Below are positions 10,776 to 18,535 of a stretch of DNA of 45,930 nt, one piece after another (the first letter of the stretch is position 1; the number at the start of each line of letters is the position of its first letter). Location of the stretch: positions 1 to 45,930 of the forward strand of contig CAAFYT010000069.1 in the NCBI GenBank assembly GCA_900767325.1. Reading direction: 5' to 3'. Below the pieces are notes generated by a model. The model was not told where the DNA came from. It searched no databases and saw nothing but the letters and a program-made list of their open reading frames with translations. A program made the translations under genes and the position numbers. Source of the DNA: Kiritimatiellia bacterium (GTDB lineage Bacteria > Verrucomicrobiota > Kiritimatiellia > RFP12 > UBA1067).

Positions 10776-10807
10776 AAGGAGCGGGTTTCCCCGCTCCTTT
10801 GCTTTTT
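10776..10807 (+). terminator. Rho-independent terminator of the giant gene
   Basis: Perfect 10-bp stem AAGGAGCGGG / CCCGCTCCTT with a TTTC loop, followed by TGCTTTTTAT. It lies 26 nt after stop codon 10750. Confidence 0.8.
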
Positions 10808-10847
10808 ATCTATTGGACAAGAGCACTATCCCTCTATCTCAATTTCG

Positions 10848-10922
10848 TGTAACAACTTTATCGTTGCTTTTGGCTGAAAAAGTTGTTACAATACACTCGA
10901 ATTTTGTATAATAGTTGTTACA
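10848..10922. promoter_or_regulatory. Operator-like repeats (TGTAACAACTTT / AAAGTTGTTACA inverted pair plus a third AGTTGTTACA) overlapping the fic promoter
   Basis: 12-bp perfect inverted repeat at 10848-10859 and 10879-10890. Third direct copy at 10913-10922. TACAAT (10887-10892) and TATAAT (10907-10912) -10 boxes abut the copies. Confidence 0.5.
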
Positions 10923-10931
10923 CTGCTCAAA

Positions 10932-11852
10932 ATGAAGTCTGGAAAGCCCTTTCAATCGGTTCTTGAGCCGTATGCAGCGGAAATAAAAGAACTCGTCCAG
11001 AGCGGAATGAGTGTTCGAGCGCTCGCCGCCGAAATCAAAGCCCGACACGATATTTCAATCTCGCACAACTCCATTGCCTCGTTCATTCGCACTCATTCTT
11101 TGCGAAGGCGAAGCTTCTTGGATGGTGTGCGCCCGGAGCACCGTGCGGAACTTTTAGGGGCGATTCGGGCGCAATGGACGCATGACTCCACCGCCATTGA
11201 AGGCAATACGCTGTCTTTGGGCGATACGATGATTCTTCTCAAGTATGGCCTTACCGTAAATGGCAAGCCGCTCAAAGATCACCAAGATGTCATCAACCAC
11301 GCAAATGGTGTTGATTTGGTTTTGCGTTTGACGGAAAAAGACGCGATTGACGAGCAAGATCTTTTTGATTTGCACAAGTTGGTCATGGCATCTGCCGACT
11401 TCGATATTTACAAGCCAATTGGCGCTTGGAAGCGCGAGGACAATGGTACCTATGGAGTGGTTAACGGAAAGAGCGTTTATATGGCGTATGCTCCCGCAGA
11501 CGAGACGCCGAAGTTGATGCGTGAGTGGTTGAAGAGGTTTAATTGTTATTTAAGTCGTCCGCTTAGCGAACAGGATGCGCTCGATGCCTACATCAAATCG
11601 CATCTCGAATTTGTGCGCATTCATCCGTTTTTCGATGGTAACGGTCGTATGGCGCGTCTGCTTGCCAATTTGCCGGTGTTGCGCGCAGGATACCCGCCGA
11701 TTGTCGTTCCAATGGAACGGCGGAGCGAGTATATTCGCGCGTTGTGGGACTATCAGCACACAGGAGATTCGGGGTTTCTTGCATCCTTCCGCAAGTTACT
11801 TGCCGATTCCTGGCAACTCACATTACGCCTCGTACACGAACGCGAAAATTGA
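10932..11852 (+). CDS. Fic/DOC family protein with an N-terminal HTH-like segment and an intrinsic inhibitory motif
   Basis: Fic motif HPFFDGNGRMAR at 11622-11657. Inhibitory (S/T)xxxE(G/N) motif STAIEGN at 11187-11207. N-terminus SGMSVRALAAEIKARHDISISHNSIASFIR resembles a resolvase-type HTH. Confidence 0.85.
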   Translation: MKSGKPFQSVLEPYAAEIKELVQSGMSVRALAAEIKARHDISISHNSIASFIRTHSLRRRSFLDGVRPEHRAELLGAIRAQWTHDSTAIEGNTLSLGDTMILLKYGLTVNGKPLKDHQDVINHANGVDLVLRLTEKDAIDEQDLFDLHKLVMASADFDIYKPIGAWKREDNGTYGVVNGKSVYMAYAPADETPKLMREWLKRFNCYLSRPLSEQDALDAYIKSHLEFVRIHPFFDGNGRMARLLANLPVLRAGYPPIVVPMERRSEYIRALWDYQHTGDSGFLASFRKLLADSWQLTLRLVHEREN

Positions 11853-11932
11853 GATAAGAGGTCTTGTTTCATTTTCAACTGCCGCACTTAGGTTTAGGAT
11901 AAATAGAAGGATCGCTTGTTCCAATTTTGACA

Positions 11933-11954
11933 AAACGGGAATCGATTCCCGTTT
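11933..11954. promoter_or_regulatory. Perfect 22-bp palindrome AAACGGGAATCGATTCCCGTTT (operator and/or fic terminator hairpin)
   Basis: Perfect dyad followed by GGTATT. A third half-site AAACGGGAAT lies at 11965-11974. The same CAAAACGGGAA word recurs at 13194-13204. Confidence 0.5.
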
Positions 11955-11997
11955 GGTATTGTAAAAACGGGAATTGTGTGCTACAATACGCAACAAC

Positions 11998-13143
11998 ATG
12001 GAGTATATAGCACGAAAAATTGAGTCGCAAATTGTCAGACGCCTTTCGTCTGGCAAAATAAATGTCGTATATGGTCCGCGGCAAAGCGGGAAAACGACAA
12101 TGGTCAAACATCTGGTTGAGGAGCAGAAGCTAAATGCACTTTGGCTTGACGCCGATTTGCTGGATGTGCGCGAGTTGCTGGTAAACATGTCTCCTGAGAA
12201 ATGGAGCTCAATCATTGGCGGTCACGATACCTTGGTTATCGATGAGGCGCAACGAGTCGAGGGGATTGGACTTGCGTTGAAGATTCTCGTTGATCACATC
12301 AAGGGTGTCAAGGTTGTGGTCACTGGTTCCAGCGCGCTCGATCTTCGCAATCGTTTGGACGAACCGCTGACGGGTCGTGCGTTTTCGTATGTTTTGCTGC
12401 CGCCGTCGTTTTGCGAGTTGGCGGATGCGGGTGATTCTCTTTCGGAGGCGCGCGCGTTGGAGCAGCGACTGGTTTACGGATCCTATCCCGGGGTTTTGGC
12501 GGATCGGGAAGATCGTGATTTCACGCTGATGTCGCTTGCTTCCAGTTATCTCTACAAAGACGTTCTCATCGTCGATGGTATCGCCAAATCTGCGGTGTTG
12601 GACAAGTTGGTTCGTGCACTTGCCTTTCAAATCGGGCAGGAAGTATCGTATCAGGAGCTTGGCGAGCTTGTCGGAGTGGATCGAAAGACGGCGGAGAAAT
12701 ACGTTGATTTGTTGAAGAAGTGTTTTGTCGTGTTCGAGCTTCCCGCCTATGCGAGAAACTTGCGCAATGAAATAAAAAAGTCGCGCAAAATCTATTTCCA
12801 CGACCTTGGCATCCGCAACGCCGCCATCGGCAATCTTTTGCCGCTTTCGTCGCGTGCGCAAGAGGAAGTTGGGCATCTTTGGGAGAATTACCTCATTGCC
12901 GAGCGATACAAGTTGAATGTAAACGCAACGATTCCGCCGAGAATGTTCTTTTGGCGTACGAAGGCGCAACAGGAGGTAGATTATCTGGAGGAATGTGCAG
13001 AGGGGCTTTTCGCGTGGGAAATGAAGTGGAATGCGAAAAAGGCGATTGGGGAATTGCCGTTGGCGTTTAGGAAGTCTTATCCGGAGGCGCGCACGGGATT
13101 CGTCTCGCCAGCAAACGCGAGAGATTTTCTGACCTTGCCGTAA
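11998..13143 (+). CDS. AAA+ ATPase with a DUF4143-like C-terminal region
   Basis: Walker A GPRQSGKTT and Walker B-like LVIDEAQ. The overall layout is typical of the AAA_14/DUF4143 family. ATG 11998 is preferred over the TTG at 11974 because TGcTACAAT lies at 11979-11987. Confidence 0.8.
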   Translation: MEYIARKIESQIVRRLSSGKINVVYGPRQSGKTTMVKHLVEEQKLNALWLDADLLDVRELLVNMSPEKWSSIIGGHDTLVIDEAQRVEGIGLALKILVDHIKGVKVVVTGSSALDLRNRLDEPLTGRAFSYVLLPPSFCELADAGDSLSEARALEQRLVYGSYPGVLADREDRDFTLMSLASSYLYKDVLIVDGIAKSAVLDKLVRALAFQIGQEVSYQELGELVGVDRKTAEKYVDLLKKCFVVFELPAYARNLRNEIKKSRKIYFHDLGIRNAAIGNLLPLSSRAQEEVGHLWENYLIAERYKLNVNATIPPRMFFWRTKAQQEVDYLEECAEGLFAWEMKWNAKKAIGELPLAFRKSYPEARTGFVSPANARDFLTLP

Positions 13144-13211
13144 AGTCAGGAAGAAATTGAGACAAGACACCATCCCAATTTTGGAAGGTTTGGCAAAACG
13201 GGAAAGGGATA

Positions 13212-13220
13212 TGGTATAAT
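13212..13220 (+). promoter_or_regulatory. Extended -10 box TGGTATAAT, 7 nt before ATG 13228 (leaderless-type)
   Basis: Exact TGnTATAAT. No room remains for a Shine-Dalgarno sequence. Confidence 0.6.
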
Positions 13221-13227
13221 AGCCACT

Positions 13228-16044
13228 ATGAGAAAAATCGCGATGGTGGTATTGTGCGGGCTCATGGCCTTTGGTGCGTTCGCCGGAGAGGTTACCGTCG
13301 TCAAGACGTTGGACGAGTTTGCGGCCGCGCTGACGAATAAGAGCGTTACGGAAGTGCAAATCCCCTTTGGCGTGGATATCGCCATTCCGAGCGGCAAGAA
13401 GCTGACCGTCCCCGTCGCAAAGTCCGTGACGGTCGATGGACGGCTTTTGGTTATTGGTTCGCTTGTGAACAATGGCGCTGTCGCTGGCTCGGGTTCCTAC
13501 GCGACCGCCTTTACCAAGATCGTGCAAGGCGCGGTCGTTACGCCGACGAATGCCTTTGCGAGCTACCCTGCCTTCAGGTATCGCACAACGAAAACGACCT
13601 CGGTTATCGGGTCGCTTACCGGAAACAAGCCCACGTGCGCGAAGGCGCCGAAGGTCTGTTTCATCGAGGGCTTGGAGAAGTATGTCGAATCGAAGGTCTC
13701 CTCGCCGGCTGCTGCCGTTTGCACGGTCGATTCGTCGACCGCGCTCAACTCCTATGTCTCTATCGACAGCGTGCACGAGAAGCTCGCCGAGGCATTCCAC
13801 GCGGCCTATCCGAATCCGACAGCGACTCCGCCGGCGAACAAGTTCGTCGTTCTGCTGAAGGGCAGCCAATCGATCGACCAGGCCGCCCTGAGCGCGCTCA
13901 ATCCCGCTTGGACGACCGAAAAGGGTCACATCGGAAAGGGCTTTCGCGTCGATTGCCTGGCCTATGCGTTCACGATCAAGAGCCCAGTTGCGAATTCCAC
14001 GGTCTATCTCGTCAACGGCACGACGATTTCGCACGGCACGAACACCGCCTATACGAATTGGAGCACGGAATACATTATCGGCTGCACGACGAAGGCGAGT
14101 GTCGCCATTAACTGCAATTCGGCAAGCGCAACGAGCCGCGTTGAGCTTTACGACTGCAAGGACTTCGCAACGGCCAACCAGGGCTCGGCCGACTTGACTT
14201 TGAACAACAAGGGCTATTATGTCTTCACCGGCGGACCTTACACCATTCCGGAGAAAACGCTCAACCTCAGGGTCGTCGGCGGTTCCTACACGACCGATCC
14301 GACGGCACTTTGTCCGGCGGGCTACGTCGGGGAGTTCGATGGCGCGAATTACGAGGTCGTCAAGAAGAGCGTGGACTACAGCTTCTTCATCGGCGACGAG
14401 GGAGTCGAGGCGAATCGGTTCGCCACGCTTGCGGACGCGGTTCAGGCGGCGAATGGGGCAACGATCAAGCTCGCGAAGGACGCGGCGGTATCGTCCGATC
14501 TGATCGTTGGCGCGAAGGCGGTTGTCGATCTCAACGGCTTCCGGCTTTCGGGCCCCGGCGAGATCGTCGTTGCCGCCGCGGGCGATCTTACGCTTGTCGA
14601 TTCGTCCATCTACAAGGGCGCGACCGGCACGTGCGCGAACGCAATCGACGTTGCCGGCTCGCTGACGATTGCCTACGGCGCGTATTCCGGCGCGATTCGG
14701 CTGAGGGCCGGTTCGGCGGCAACGACTTACGCCGGCTCCTTCGCGCTCGCGTTCGCCATCGATCCGGGCGCGACGGCTGCTTTCAGGGGCGGCAGATTCC
14801 CGCTGTCAGTCGGGCCCTATCTCGGCGAGGGCTATCAGGAGATGAAGATCGGCTCGCAGTATTGCGTCGGGCGCAGACTTTTCGGCACGCTCACGAAGAA
14901 AGGCGGCTCCAACACGAAGGACGAGGACTTCGATGTCCGCTACGTCGGCGATTCGGCGCTTTACGAGAGCTACTTGGCGCAGCCCGCGTTCGATTCGGAT
15001 TCGGCGGCGTTCTTCGCTCACGCCGAGGCGGACTCGGCGATTTCGCCGCTCGGGAGTTTCACGATCGACGTCATCGTCAACTTCGATCGAGACATGGGCT
15101 CCAATACGCTGAAGTTCTACTACACGATCTTCGGCACGCTCTTGCCGGTGGAAATTCCGGCGAAAACGGAATATCGCCTCTTCTACCATATCATGAAGGA
15201 TTATCTCGCCGAGCTCGGCGGCTCGCAGATCCAGCTGTCGCGCTTTTTGGGGAGCGAGTTCAATAATGCTCTGCCGATTGGGATTGGCAACGAAACGAGC
15301 GCACCCGAAAACATCGGCGCGATTTGCGACATCGAGATCTGCCTCTACAACGGCAACTCCAAGGTCGTTTCGCTCGGCAAGACCAAGGTTACGCTGGGCG
15401 CGCGGGCGAATGTCGCGTACATCACGAGAAACGGCTCGCCGAAGTTCCATTCCGCGCTTTCGCTCGCGGTTCAGGCGGCGGCGGAAGGCGAGACGATCGT
15501 CTTGGCCCGCGAGAGCGCGGAGGGCGTGACGGTCGCCAAGGCGATCACGATCGACACCAAGGGCTTCGCGGTCGATGGCGTTGTCGCGGGCAAGGGATAT
15601 TCGGCTCGGGTCGAGGGCGAGAGGATCGTCTTCGCGAAGAGCGATTGGCCGGAGGAATGGGCGGATATTCCGGCGGATGACGCGGTCAAGGCGAGGTTCG
15701 CCGGGTGGCGCGCGGAGAAGGGCGCAGGAGCCGACCTCACGACGGACTCCGCCAAGCAGGCGTTCCTTCTGGACGTTGCCGCCGATGCGCCGATACCGGC
15801 GCTGAGGGTCGAGAAGATCGCGGCTGCGGAAGGCGTTGCGGAGATCGCGGTCAGCGCCGCCGGAGCCGATCTCGGGCGAATCAATGGCGTTTTCTTCGCC
15901 GAGGCGGGCGAAACGCCGGGCGAACTCAAGCCGCTGGCGCTTTCGGAAAAAGAGGTGGACTATGTCGCGGGCAAGGCGATCGTGACGTTCGTCTCCGGGC
16001 GGTTCTTCAGGGCCGCAATCGGCTTTACCGGGGCGCATCCCTGA
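13228..16044 (+). CDS. Secreted surface protein (938 aa) of unknown function
   Basis: Signal peptide MRKIAMVVLCGLMAFGAFAGE. It shares cap-like modules with the giant protein (RFATLADAVQAANGATIKLAKD...DLNGFRLSG; FHSALSLAVQAAAEGETIVLAR...DTKGFAVDG). High GC3 throughout. Confidence 0.85.
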   Translation: MRKIAMVVLCGLMAFGAFAGEVTVVKTLDEFAAALTNKSVTEVQIPFGVDIAIPSGKKLTVPVAKSVTVDGRLLVIGSLVNNGAVAGSGSYATAFTKIVQGAVVTPTNAFASYPAFRYRTTKTTSVIGSLTGNKPTCAKAPKVCFIEGLEKYVESKVSSPAAAVCTVDSSTALNSYVSIDSVHEKLAEAFHAAYPNPTATPPANKFVVLLKGSQSIDQAALSALNPAWTTEKGHIGKGFRVDCLAYAFTIKSPVANSTVYLVNGTTISHGTNTAYTNWSTEYIIGCTTKASVAINCNSASATSRVELYDCKDFATANQGSADLTLNNKGYYVFTGGPYTIPEKTLNLRVVGGSYTTDPTALCPAGYVGEFDGANYEVVKKSVDYSFFIGDEGVEANRFATLADAVQAANGATIKLAKDAAVSSDLIVGAKAVVDLNGFRLSGPGEIVVAAAGDLTLVDSSIYKGATGTCANAIDVAGSLTIAYGAYSGAIRLRAGSAATTYAGSFALAFAIDPGATAAFRGGRFPLSVGPYLGEGYQEMKIGSQYCVGRRLFGTLTKKGGSNTKDEDFDVRYVGDSALYESYLAQPAFDSDSAAFFAHAEADSAISPLGSFTIDVIVNFDRDMGSNTLKFYYTIFGTLLPVEIPAKTEYRLFYHIMKDYLAELGGSQIQLSRFLGSEFNNALPIGIGNETSAPENIGAICDIEICLYNGNSKVVSLGKTKVTLGARANVAYITRNGSPKFHSALSLAVQAAAEGETIVLARESAEGVTVAKAITIDTKGFAVDGVVAGKGYSARVEGERIVFAKSDWPEEWADIPADDAVKARFAGWRAEKGAGADLTTDSAKQAFLLDVAADAPIPALRVEKIAAAEGVAEIAVSAAGADLGRINGVFFAEAGETPGELKPLALSEKEVDYVAGKAIVTFVSGRFFRAAIGFTGAHP

Positions 16045-17191
16045 TCTTCGGCGAAGTGGGCGTCTGGGATGCGGCTTTGTCCAGCTGGAGGCGAAGGGCG
16101 TGGTCGCGGTAGAGCTGCAGGAGCCCCTGGATCGCGAGGCCGTTCTGCGCGTAGAGACGCGATGGATTGTGGTCGTGGCCGAACATGCGGCTCGCCATGA
16201 CGCGAACCGGGCGGGAGATGTCTTCGGGGGGCAGCCAATCCGGAATCGATGCGATGCGTTCCTCGGCGAGGGCGAAGGGCACGATGACGTTGCAGAGAAT
16301 GGCCGCCGCGCGGCCGCGCCCCATGTAATGCCGACCGCAAATGGCGGCGATCAGTCGGCGACACGCGCCCTTGGAGAAATCGGCGAGATCGATGGCCTCG
16401 ATCATGGGCGTTGACGTGAAGATGTGGGCGGCGTCGACTAGCCGTTTCTTCGGCAGATTGCTGGGGCGGCAGCTTTCGTAGTCCCAATCCTCGAATCCAC
16501 CGGCCGCGAGCAGGGCCTCTTCGGCGATCTTTGCGTTTCGCAGCAGGCAGGCGAGCGGCACGCGTTCGGAGACATGGCGAAACTGGGCGGAGTTCTTCTT
16601 GTAGCCGAGAGCGGTCATGACCTCTTCGTAGAAGACCTGTCGGCGCATGTTCCGTCGCGCACCCAGCCGCCCCAGGATGCGCCGCGCCTTCATCCGCAAC
16701 CGATGCTTGCCGGCCAATTGGAGCAGGCGGCGCGCGGCCTCGGGGTCGCCTGCGGTCAGCTCCGTTCGCGTACGCTCCGCGTCCGAGATGTGCGCGTAGG
16801 GATAGGCGGTCAGGTCGATCTGCTCCGGCGCGAATGCGCTCTTCGATTGCATGAAACGGCCCAGCCAGAGCGAAATCGCCTCGGGCGGGAGCGTCTTGGG
16901 AGCCGGGCCATCGTGCCAGGTCACATGGGCGATCACGTTCCGATAGCGCGGATCGGAGCCGTGCCGATGGAAGTCCCAATCGGCGGGGCAGAGGTGTATT
17001 TCGACATCGCCGACGCGTCGCCTGCCGCCGATCTCCAGAACGGCGTCCCTGAAATCAGGGCCTGCCTCAAGATTCCATTCGCCGGGGGTTATGACCTTTA
17101 CCTCGACCTCCTGCGGCGTGTAGAGCTTCGCCGGACGAAGGGCGTTGTCAAACCAGATTGCCTGGATGTGTCGTTCAGTCAGAGTTTTCAT
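16025..17191 (-). CDS. DUF2851 family protein
   Basis: MKTLTERHIQAIWFDNA...GEWNLEAGPDFRDAVLEIGG...GDVEIHLCPADWDFHRHGSDPRY matches the DUF2851 N-terminal signature as I recall it. The ATG at 17191 overlaps the recA-like stop region by 17 nt. Confidence 0.7.
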   Translation of the reverse strand: MKTLTERHIQAIWFDNALRPAKLYTPQEVEVKVITPGEWNLEAGPDFRDAVLEIGGRRRVGDVEIHLCPADWDFHRHGSDPRYRNVIAHVTWHDGPAPKTLPPEAISLWLGRFMQSKSAFAPEQIDLTAYPYAHISDAERTRTELTAGDPEAARRLLQLAGKHRLRMKARRILGRLGARRNMRRQVFYEEVMTALGYKKNSAQFRHVSERVPLACLLRNAKIAEEALLAAGGFEDWDYESCRPSNLPKKRLVDAAHIFTSTPMIEAIDLADFSKGACRRLIAAICGRHYMGRGRAAAILCNVIVPFALAEERIASIPDWLPPEDISRPVRVMASRMFGHDHNPSRLYAQNGLAIQGLLQLYRDHALRLQLDKAASQTPTSPKIRDAPR

Positions 17192-18095
17192 GGTGGGTGG
17201 TTTCGCGCGGAATGCCGCAGGAATAGAGGAGATCGAACTCGGCGTCCGCAAGGGCGGGTTGGGGCTCGGCCCTGCCGGAGGTTCCGGCCCTGCCGGCGGC
17301 TCCGGCCCTGCCGGCGGAAGTGTTCTTCACCACGCGGACGCGGGTGCGATTGCCGATGATGACGCCGGATGGAGCGCTGATCATTCCGATGCGCTGGACC
17401 TGCAGCCGACAGGCGGCGCGGAGCTTCAGGGCCTTGCCGCCGGGCGTCATTTCGGGGTTGCCGGCCAGCGCGCCGATCCGATCCCTCACCTGGTTGAGGA
17501 AAATGCAGAGCGTGTTGGATTTCGCCAGGGCCGAGGCGATCCTCCGCAACGCCTGCGACAGGATGCGCGCCTGCAAGCCGCTGGCAGGGTCGAAACCATC
17601 GATTTCGGCCTGCGGCGTGAGCGCGGCAACGGAATCGACCACGATGACGTCGACCGCACCGGATTTCGCCATCCGCTCGCAGATCGTAAGGGCTTCCTCG
17701 GCGCTGGTTGGCTGCGCGACGATGAGGTCGTCGAGATCCACGCCGATGCGTTTCGCATAGGCGGGGTCGAGAGCGTGCTCCACATCGATGTAGACGCTGG
17801 CTCCGGCCCTGCCGGTGGTTCCGGCCCTGCCGGCGGCTCCGAGCTGCTGTGCGGAGGCGATCACGCCGAGGGCGAGAGTGGTCTTGCCCGAGGATTCGTG
17901 GCCGAAGAACTCGACGATCCGCCCCCTCGGCAGTCCGCCGCTACCGAGGGCCTTGTCCAGCGGCCGGCATCCCGTGGGAATGACCTTTGGCGATTTCCTG
18001 AACGAGTCGCCCAGGTGGCCAATGGACGAGTTGCCGAATTCGCGCCGGATGAAGCCGAGCACTTCGTCGAGCGTCATGGCGAGCCGGGGGATCAT
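17175..18095 (-). CDS. recA: RecA-family recombinase core (306 aa) lacking the C-terminal domain, with two in-frame repeat insertions
   Basis: Collinear with E. coli RecA: GRIVEFFGHESSGKTTLAL, YIDVEHALDP, SGAVDVIVVDSVAALTPQAEI, NQVRDRIGALAGNPEMTPGGKALKL, TRVRVVKN. It ends about 15 aa after AEFDLLY. ATG 18095 forms an ATGA overlap with the yraN stop; an alternative ATG lies at 18077. Confidence 0.8.
   Translation of the reverse strand: MIPRLAMTLDEVLGFIRREFGNSSIGHLGDSFRKSPKVIPTGCRPLDKALGSGGLPRGRIVEFFGHESSGKTTLALGVIASAQQLGAAGRAGTTGRAGASVYIDVEHALDPAYAKRIGVDLDDLIVAQPTSAEEALTICERMAKSGAVDVIVVDSVAALTPQAEIDGFDPASGLQARILSQALRRIASALAKSNTLCIFLNQVRDRIGALAGNPEMTPGGKALKLRAACRLQVQRIGMISAPSGVIIGNRTRVRVVKNTSAGRAGAAGRAGTSGRAEPQPALADAEFDLLYSCGIPRETTHHENSD
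17263..17321. repeat. 18-nt tandem repeat GGCCCTGCCGGNGGNTCC x3 inside the recA-like gene
   Basis: Units at 17268-17285, 17286-17303 and 17304-17321. They encode SAGRAG-AAGRAG-TSGRAE, inserted where RecA has KNKIAAPFKQAEF. Confidence 0.9.
17799..17840. repeat. The same 18-nt unit x2 at a second site in the recA-like gene
   Basis: Units at 17805-17822 and 17823-17840. They encode AAGRAG-TTGRAG, inserted between AQQLG and SVYIDVEHALDP, where E. coli has REGKTCAFID. Confidence 0.9.
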
Positions 18096-18535
18096 GACTG
18101 CTCCCAGTGGACGAAACGATCGGGCATCGCGAACAGGCGCACATTGCGGATGTGGTCGATGACGGGGCTCCCGTTCTCCGGAACGCCATGGATCTCCACG
18201 ACGTCGAACCTGATCGCTCCGAGCCACCTGTTGATGCGCCGCCAGGCGTTGCAGGCCCGCAGGAGGTTCTTGCGTTTCTGGCGCGTGATGCTTCGCAGGC
18301 GGTGCGCGTATTGCGAGAAGGAGGCGTGCTGCTTGACCTCGATGAAGACCATCGTATCGCGCGGACGATCCCAGGCGATGATGTCGATCTCCAGGCGGTT
18401 GTCCCTTTCGCACGGGCGGGAGTTGCGCTCGATTATCTCGTAGCCGTGGCAACGGAGGTAGTCCGTTGCCACGCGTTCGCCCCATTTGCCGTGGGCGACG
18501 CCGATGTTTTCGGCCTTGTGCGGGCGAAGCGTCAT
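18092..18535 (-). CDS. yraN: YraN family (UPF0102) PD-(D/E)xK endonuclease-like protein
   Basis: GERVATDYLRCHGYEIIERN...EIDIIAWD...MVFIEVK is the characteristic YraN core. ATGA overlaps occur at both ends (18532-18535 and 18092-18095). Confidence 0.8.
   Translation of the reverse strand: MTLRPHKAENIGVAHGKWGERVATDYLRCHGYEIIERNSRPCERDNRLEIDIIAWDRPRDTMVFIEVKQHASFSQYAHRLRSITRQKRKNLLRACNAWRRINRWLGAIRFDVVEIHGVPENGSPVIDHIRNVRLFAMPDRFVHWEQS

Noticed and set aside
2159-10777. Very long minus-strand ORFs antisense to the giant gene (2159-4042, 4076-5200, 5282-7225 and 7376-10777; up to 1133 aa).
   Set aside because: They are extremely Arg, Leu and Asp rich with no recognisable motifs. They lie antisense to a gene with clear signal peptide and domain structure. 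This is the typical stop-codon-poor antisense artefact of GC-rich DNA.
10690-16044. A shared C-terminal FFxA motif (AAFFQATCSAKAPTK versus GRFFRAAIGFTGAHP) of the two surface proteins as a possible new sorting signal.
   Set aside because: The match covers only 3-4 residues, too short to separate from chance without a paralog alignment. Noted only for completeness.
12208-16979. Long ORFs opposite or out of frame to the AAA ATPase, the 938-aa protein and DUF2851 (12208-14034, 14310-15266, 14806-16038 and 15960-16979).
   Set aside because: They have Arg- and Gly-rich low-complexity composition and overlap better-supported genes that carry motifs and high GC3.
17145-18443. A 432-aa plus-strand ORF antisense to the recA-like gene, containing GSGPAGG repeats.
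   Set aside because: The opposite strand encodes an unmistakable RecA core. The plus-strand product has no motifs.
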